Positions 15,531 to 19,742 of a stretch of DNA of 19,742 nucleotides are shown here, piece after piece. A program made the translations under genes and the position numbers. The first letter of the stretch is position 1. Each line of letters begins with the position of its first letter. The stretch comes from a virus (taxonomy: Duplodnaviria > Heunggongvirae > Uroviricota > Caudoviricetes): the IMG/VR virus record IMGVR_UViG_2534681835_000041; one strand, 5' to 3'. The notes beneath the pieces were generated by a model, which saw only the letters and a program-made list of their open reading frames with translations, ran no database searches and was not told the DNA's origin.

Positions 15531-15642
15531 CCTGTTTACCTCTTTCTCAGGGAGTTTAGTCTCCAGGAAACCCGGGGCGGTTCAATCAGTAAGTACGAGA
15601 AAACGGCGGGTGCAGCCGCCTGATCAAGAGGAGAAACGAAGT

Positions 15643-16440
15643 ATGAATAATCTGATGGTCATTGATGGTATTGAAGTTCGTCGTGATGCTTATGGTCGTT
15701 ACAGCCTGAACGATTTGCACAGGGCTGCCGGTTCTCTGGATAAGCATAAGCCTGCATTCTGGCTCCGCAATGAGCAAACTGAACGTTTAATAAGCGAGTT
15801 GCAGATTTGCAACTCGGTCAATATAGAGCCAGTTAACGTTATTCGTGGCGGAAATAGCCAGGGGACGTATGTCTGCAAAGAACTGGTGTATGCCTATGCA
15901 ATGTGGATCAGCCCGTCATTCCATCTGAAGGTGATCCGTACTTTCGACATGGTAACCAGCGCACCGGAAAAATTATCCGGACAGGCTGCTGACAAGATGC
16001 AGGCTGGTGTGATCCTGCTGGACTTTATGCGCCGGGAATTAAACCTGTCTAACTCATCAGTGCTTGGAGCCTGTCAGAAACTCCAGGAGGCTGTTGGCTT
16101 ACCGAATCTGGCACCGCGCTATGCCATTGATGCTCCTGCTGACGCGCCTGATGGCTCAAGCCGCCCCACGCTGTCACTGAGTGCACTGCTGAAGCAGTAT
16201 GGTATCCGCCTGACAGCTAATCAGGCATATCACCAGATGGCGAAGCTGGGGATCGTTGAACAACGTGAACGATACAGCCGCACTGCGATTAACAACATCA
16301 AAAAATTCTGGTCGCTGACGGCGAAAGGCTGCATGTTCGGCAAGAACATCACCAGTCCCGCAAATCCGCGCGAGACGCAGCCGCATTTCTTCGAATCCCG
16401 GTTCCCTGAGCTGTTAAAGCTGCTCGATACCGTTCATTGA
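15643..16440 (+). CDS. KilA-N domain protein (Roi/antirepressor-like)
   Basis: N-terminal 'MVIDGIEVRRDAYGRYSLNDLHRAAG...FWLRNEQTERLISEL...GTYVCKELVYAYAMWISPSFHLKVIRTFD' is a typical KilA-N domain. ATG at 15643 with GAGGAG 9 nt upstream; the track ORF begins at a GTG at 15610. Confidence 0.7.
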   Translation: MNNLMVIDGIEVRRDAYGRYSLNDLHRAAGSLDKHKPAFWLRNEQTERLISELQICNSVNIEPVNVIRGGNSQGTYVCKELVYAYAMWISPSFHLKVIRTFDMVTSAPEKLSGQAADKMQAGVILLDFMRRELNLSNSSVLGACQKLQEAVGLPNLAPRYAIDAPADAPDGSSRPTLSLSALLKQYGIRLTANQAYHQMAKLGIVEQRERYSRTAINNIKKFWSLTAKGCMFGKNITSPANPRETQPHFFESRFPELLKLLDTVH

Positions 16441-16441
16441 G

Positions 16442-17437
16442 GTGACCGTGAGAGCGCTACTGACCCCTGAAATTGCCCCGCGTATGGGGATCGTATTGTT
16501 CAGGCCCGGTTCAGAGCTGATGCCCCTGTTTATGCAGGGGCGTGTCCTGCTGGAGCCTGAGCCGGAACGTTATTCATCTTTCGCCAGTGGTGCCGTTCCG
16601 GCGGCATCACAACCGCTGGCGGATGATCCTGCCGTTCGGGCCGTGTTCCGCAATGAGGCAGTGATTCGTCGTGCTGGTGGAGTGGAATGTCTTGAACGCT
16701 GGTTACTTCGTGAAAAAGGTTGCCAGTGGCCTCATTCCGACTGGCACAGCGAGAACATGACCACAATGCGACACACGCCGGGCGCAATCCGTCTGTGCTG
16801 GCACTGCGATAACCAGCTGCGCGATCAGTTCACGGAACGGCTGGAATCAATGGCAACGGATAACTGTACCCGCTGGGTGTTGTCTGTTGTGCGTCGGGAT
16901 CTCGGTTTTGATGACAGTCACGTTGTGACAATGCCGGAACTGTGCTGGTGGCTGATTCGTAATGACCTGGCGGATGCCTTACCGGAAAGTGCAGCCCGTA
17001 AGGCACTGAGATTACCGAAGCCTGTTGTGCCGTCTGTCACCCGGGAAAGTGACCTTGTGCCTTCGGTTCCTGCCACCAGCATCATCCAGGATAAAGCGAA
17101 AAAGGTGCTGGCGCTGAAAGTGGATCCGGAGTCGCCGGAGTCTTTTATGTTACGCCCAAAACGTCGCCGCTGGGTTAATGAAAAGTACACGCGCTGGGTT
17201 AAGACACAGCCGTGTGCATGTTGTGGAAAGCCCGCTGATGATCCCCACCACCTGATAGGCCACGGTCAGTGTGGAATGGGTACAAAAGCGCATGACCTTT
17301 TTGTGTTGCCTTTGTGCAGAAAGCATCACGACGAGCTGCATGCGGATACCGTGGCATTTGAAGAGAAGTATGGCTCTCAGCTGGAGCTGATATTTCGTTT
17401 TATCGATCGTGCGCTGGCAATTGGCGTACTGGCGTAA
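16442..17437 (+). CDS. DUF968-like protein with C-terminal HNH-type Cys/His motif
   Basis: C-terminus 'CACCGKPADDPHHLIGHGQCGMGTKAHDLFVLPLCRKHHDELH' is HNH-like, as in YdfU-type proteins. GTG start at 16442 directly after the KilA-N stop; the true start is uncertain. Confidence 0.6.
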   Translation: MTVRALLTPEIAPRMGIVLFRPGSELMPLFMQGRVLLEPEPERYSSFASGAVPAASQPLADDPAVRAVFRNEAVIRRAGGVECLERWLLREKGCQWPHSDWHSENMTTMRHTPGAIRLCWHCDNQLRDQFTERLESMATDNCTRWVLSVVRRDLGFDDSHVVTMPELCWWLIRNDLADALPESAARKALRLPKPVVPSVTRESDLVPSVPATSIIQDKAKKVLALKVDPESPESFMLRPKRRRWVNEKYTRWVKTQPCACCGKPADDPHHLIGHGQCGMGTKAHDLFVLPLCRKHHDELHADTVAFEEKYGSQLELIFRFIDRALAIGVLA

Positions 17438-17450
17438 GTGGAGAACGAGC

Positions 17451-18203
17451 ATGAACCTTGAAGCCTTACCGAAATATTACTCCCCGAAATCTCCAAAACT
17501 GAGCGATGACGCACCGGCGACAGGCTCTGGTGGTTTAACAATTACGGATGTGATGGCTGCGCAGGGGATGGTGCAGTCAAAAGCACCGCTTGGGTTTGCT
17601 TTATTCCTGGCAAAAGTTGGTGTTCAGGATCCTCAGTTTGCGATTGAAGGTCTGCTCAATTACGCGATGGCACTGGATAACCCGACATTGAATAAATTGA
17701 GTGAAGAAACCCGGCTACAGATCATTCCTTACCTTGTGAATTTTGCCTTTGCTGATTATTCCAGGTCTGCGGCAAGTAAGGCTCGCTGTGAGCATTGTGC
17801 TGGTACTGGATTTCATAATGTATTGCGCGAGGTGGTGAAACACTCCAGAAGCGGGGAATCTGTTATTAAGGAAGAGTGGGTGAAGGAACTATGTCAGCAT
17901 TGTCATGGTAAGGGAGAAGTCAGCACAGCATGCAGAGGGTGCAAGGGTAAAGGTATTGTCCTGGATGAAAAAAGAACCCGGCTTCATGGCACGCCTGTTT
18001 ATAAGGTTTGTGGGCGTTGCAATGGAAACCGGTTTAGCCGTTTACCAACCACACTGGCGCGGCTTCATGTCCAGAAGCTGGTACCAGACCTGACGGATTA
18101 TCAGTGGTACAAAGGATATGCAGATGTCATTGATAAACTGGTTACAAAGTGCTGGCAGGAAGAAGCATATGCAGAGATACAATTGAGAAAGGTGACAAGA
18201 TAA
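17451..18203 (+). CDS. putative late-gene antiterminator (Q-like), with four CxxCxGxG repeats
   Basis: Position immediately upstream of a pR'/tR'-like promoter-terminator pair and the tRNA island. Contains CEHCAGTG, CQHCHGKG, CRGCKGKG, CGRCNGNR (a DnaJ-type zinc-finger pattern). ATG at 17451 with GGAG upstream. Function inferred mainly from context. Confidence 0.45.
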   Translation: MNLEALPKYYSPKSPKLSDDAPATGSGGLTITDVMAAQGMVQSKAPLGFALFLAKVGVQDPQFAIEGLLNYAMALDNPTLNKLSEETRLQIIPYLVNFAFADYSRSAASKARCEHCAGTGFHNVLREVVKHSRSGESVIKEEWVKELCQHCHGKGEVSTACRGCKGKGIVLDEKRTRLHGTPVYKVCGRCNGNRFSRLPTTLARLHVQKLVPDLTDYQWYKGYADVIDKLVTKCWQEEAYAEIQLRKVTR

Positions 18204-18234
18204 ATGGTTTTCGCCGAAGATGACGACATGATGC

Positions 18235-18263
18235 TTGCATTTTTCAAAAAATATGGATAAGAT
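18235..18263 (+). promoter_or_regulatory. candidate pR'-like late promoter
   Basis: TTGCAT (18235-18240), 17-bp spacer, TAAGAT (18258-18263), 32 nt after the Q-like stop and about 45 nt upstream of the terminator. Confidence 0.4.
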
Positions 18264-18309
18264 TTTCCCAACGATGGGCTTTGTATGTCTACCGTTGATA
18301 AGATTTAAG

Positions 18310-18333
18310 AACCCGCCGATGCGCGGGTTTTTT
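18310..18333 (+). terminator. rho-independent terminator (tR'-like)
   Basis: Stem aacccgc / gcgggtt followed by a 6-T run. Confidence 0.65.
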
Positions 18334-18513
18334 GTACCCAGAATCCTGTGAGCTATACGGAAAGTACACAGAAAGGAAGGTGCGACCACAATTAATAACA
18401 AAATCTTAAAAATTGCACATGGCACTATTAGTTTTCTAAATATTGTGTATTTTTTGTATTGCAGGATGACCCTGTAACGAATTTTGCGTAACAGCATTTT
18501 GCTCTACGAGTTT

Positions 18514-18542
18514 GCCAGCCTCCCCCAGTGGCTGGCTTTTTT
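18514..18542 (+). terminator. second rho-independent terminator
   Basis: Stem gccagcc / ggctggc, 9-nt loop, TTTTTT at 18537-18542. Confidence 0.6.
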
Positions 18543-18544
18543 AT

Positions 18545-18664
18545 GTCTGTAGCGTCAAAGCAGCAATGTCGCTGGGGCGTCGTGCAATTGGCGTTGAGCT
18601 GGAGACTGAACGTTTTGAGCAGACGGTCAGGGAAGTTCAGGATTTAGTCAGTCAGAACGGATGA
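18545..18664 (+). pseudogene. C-terminal remnant of a DNA methyltransferase gene
   Basis: Translates to '...AMSLGRRAIGVELETERFEQTVREVQDLVSQNG*', which looks like the extreme C-terminus of N4/N6 DNA methylases ('GRR.IG.E' motif). No upstream body of the gene is present. Confidence 0.4.
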
Positions 18665-18666
18665 TA

Positions 18667-18695
18667 TTGCAGGATTAGTTACGTACCGTTATTAT
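18667..18695 (+). promoter_or_regulatory. candidate promoter for the tRNA cluster
   Basis: TTGCAG (18667-18672), 17-bp spacer, TATTAT (18690-18695); tRNA 5' end at 18705. Confidence 0.45.
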
Positions 18696-18704
18696 CCTGC
18701 GCCC

Positions 18705-18780
18705 GGCCCTTTAGCTCAGTGGTGAGAGCGAGCGACTCATAATCGCCAGGTCGCTGGTTCAAATCCAGCAAGGGCCACCA
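18705..18780 (+). tRNA. ileZ: tRNA-Ile2 (anticodon CAT, lysidine type) or tRNA-Met
   Basis: 76-nt cloverleaf folded by hand: acceptor ggccctt/aagggcc, D-stem gctc/gagc, anticodon loop ctCATaa, T-loop ttcaaat, encoded CCA. Close to my recollection of E. coli ileX. Symbol given by analogy with the Stx-phage ileZ-argN-argO cluster. Confidence 0.85.
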
Positions 18781-18789
18781 TATCACATA

Positions 18790-18866
18790 CCGCCATTAGC
18801 TCATCGGGATAGAGCGTCAGCCTTCGAAGCTGGCTGTGCGGGGTTCAAGTCCCCGATGGCGGTCCA
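18790..18866 (+). tRNA. argN: tRNA-Arg (anticodon TCG as read here)
   Basis: 77-nt cloverleaf: acceptor ccgccat/atggcgg, D-stem gctc/gagc, anticodon loop cTTCGaa, T-arm cgggg-ttcaagt-ccccg, encoded CCA. Symbol by analogy. Confidence 0.8.
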
Positions 18867-18879
18867 TTATCAGCATCAT

Positions 18880-18956
18880 GCGTTGTTAGCTCAGCCGGAC
18901 AGAGCAATTGCCTTCTAAGCAATCGGTCACTGGTTCGAATCCAGTACAACGCGCCA
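18880..18956 (+). tRNA. argO: tRNA-Arg (anticodon TCT, reads AGA)
   Basis: 77-nt cloverleaf: acceptor gcgttgt/acaacgc, anticodon stem attgc/gcaat with loop cTTCTaa, T-arm actgg-ttcgaat-ccagt, encoded CCA. Symbol by analogy. Confidence 0.85.
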
Positions 18957-19243
18957 CACCACACTTATCTGCCCTGACTCTCTTTTGCGGGCTTTTTATT
19001 ACAGGAAAGACACCGGACAGTGAAATGTTAAATGCCTCACAATTCAGGTAGTCGACTGTTGCCTGACATGCTGAGCGTTTGTTAAAAAAATCCTGCATGA
19101 TGAATCCCCCTGGGCGGCGGGGCATAATGACAGATGTTTGGTTGCGTATTGTATAGGCAAGTTGCGGATTCTGTCTGGTCATTGCAGAATTCACCGGGAG
19201 GCACCCGGCATCATGCTGTATACAGAGATTAGGCATATATCCA

Positions 19244-19268
19244 GGCTCCTCATCGCAGGAGCCTTTTT
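19244..19268 (+). terminator. rho-independent terminator in the tRNA-to-nanS-p gap
   Basis: Stem ggctcct / aggagcc with 6-nt loop, followed by TTTTT. Confidence 0.6.
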
Positions 19269-19273
19269 ACATG

Positions 19274-19299
19274 CAAAAAAAGCCCGAGTAGGTTCGGGC
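19274..19299 (-). terminator. minus-strand rho-independent terminator (back-to-back with the previous one)
   Basis: Hairpin gcccga-gtaggt-tcgggc (19282-19299) preceded on + by A7 (19274-19280), which is a T-run on the minus strand. Confidence 0.45.
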
Positions 19300-19358
19300 A
19301 ACAGCATGAGATACTTGCATTGTCATTTTTATCGTGTGGATTTTAACCAGGGTTTATA

Positions 19359-19391
19359 AGGCTGCGCAACTGCGCGGCCTTTTTCGTTTTG
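19359..19391 (+). terminator. rho-independent terminator upstream of the esterase gene
   Basis: GC-rich imperfect palindrome aggctgcgca / tgcgcggcct followed by TTTTCGTTTT. Confidence 0.5.
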
Positions 19392-19478
19392 CGGGCTGCG
19401 GTTCTCCTCTTTTGATTCTCCTTGTGGCCGGACCGTGGCCCGCAACTGTTGAGGAAAATCCCGGAAAGGGGAGGAATA

Positions 19479-19742
19479 ATGGCATTTAAACACTATGACG
19501 TGGTCAGGGCGGCGTCGCCGTCAGACCTTGCGGAAAAGCTGACACACAAACTGAAAGAGGGCTGGCAGCCGTTTGGTAGTCCGGTGGCCATAACCCCTTA
19601 TACCCTGATGCAGGCGATTGCAGCAGAAGGTGATGTGGTGGTCAGTGGTGCAACTGAGCCGGATTGGTACTACGTCATCGTACTGGCCGGGCAGTCCAAT
19701 GCAATGGCTTACGGGGAAGGGCTTCCGCTTCCGGATTCATAC
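19479..19742 (+). CDS. NanS-p-like phage esterase (DUF1737 N-terminus followed by an SGNH 'GQSN' block), 5' part only
   Basis: ATG at 19479 with GGGGAGG upstream; 'MAFKHYDVVRAASPSDLAEKLTHKLKEGWQPFGSPV...' then 'VIVLAGQSNAMAYGEG'. Frame is open to the window end. Not in the ORF track because it is incomplete. Confidence 0.55.
   Translation, partial: MAFKHYDVVRAASPSDLAEKLTHKLKEGWQPFGSPVAITPYTLMQAIAAEGDVVVSGATEPDWYYVIVLAGQSNAMAYGEGLPLPDSY

Larger units (their letters stand above)
14275..15584 (-). mobile_element. IS3-family insertion sequence, IS629/IS1203-like, 1310 bp, copy 2 (inverted relative to copy 1)
   Basis: Same length and same encoded OrfA/OrfB proteins as copy 1; flanked by a direct 3-bp repeat ATC (14272-14274 and 15585-15587), consistent with a simple insertion. 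Confidence 0.9.

Noticed and set aside
5639-15584. Simple inversion by recombination between the two inverted IS copies
   Set aside because: Copy 2 retains a matching ATC target duplication on both sides, and the flanks of copy 1 (AAA/GTT) are not the reciprocal pattern expected; the rearrangement at copy 1 must have another origin.
19216-19225. Palindrome CTGTATACAG as an SOS box
   Set aside because: The CTGT/ACAG arms are separated by 2 nt rather than 8.
18886-19236. Minus-strand 116-aa ORF
   Set aside because: Overlaps two tRNA genes and a terminator; spurious.
18957-19478. Shiga toxin (stxA/stxB) genes between the tRNAs and the esterase
   Set aside because: Looked for because the flanking arrangement matches Stx phages; no ORF of suitable size is present, only terminators.

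Overview
This window reads as an enterobacterial (E. coli/Shigella-type) lambdoid, Stx-phage-like prophage segment, cut by two identical-length 1310-bp IS3-family (IS629/IS1203-like) copies in inverted orientation (5639-6948 on +, 14275-15584 on -). Left to right: a cargo-like island (GNAT-like ORF plus a 57-aa ORF, 1-1886); a minus-strand block of early-left-type genes (PrtN-like, DnaQ-like exonuclease, two Ea22-like paralogs, methyltransferase-like, HD-hydrolase remnant); IS copy 1; a truncated O-like replication gene with internal iterons; a small ORF, a Rha-domain fusion protein, a CII-like regulator and Cro-like (all minus); a divergent CI-like repressor (plus) with operator repeats on both sides; a structured leader; then plus-strand genes (120-aa, 274-aa, 147-aa, 30-aa micro-ORF, Dam-type MTase, a LexA DNA-binding-domain-only protein, RusA); IS copy 2 inserted in the 3' end of rusA with an ATC target duplication; KilA-N protein, DUF968/HNH-like protein, a Q-like late regulator with pR'/tR'-like signals; three tRNAs (Ile2-CAU, Arg-UCG, Arg-UCU); a terminator-rich gap with no toxin genes; and the start of a NanS-p-like esterase. 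Most notable: (i) module order is non-canonical (the cro operon runs into early-left genes, the cI side runs into nin/Q), with IS copy 1 sitting between two truncated genes and lacking a target duplication; (ii) a LexA N-terminal-domain-only homolog together with a near-consensus SOS box inside the cI ORF; (iii) a Rha domain carrying an unexplained ~200-aa His/Cys-rich N-terminal extension; (iv) an stx-less Q-tRNA-nanS-p locus. All protein family calls are from reading motifs by eye; no database search or computation was run.
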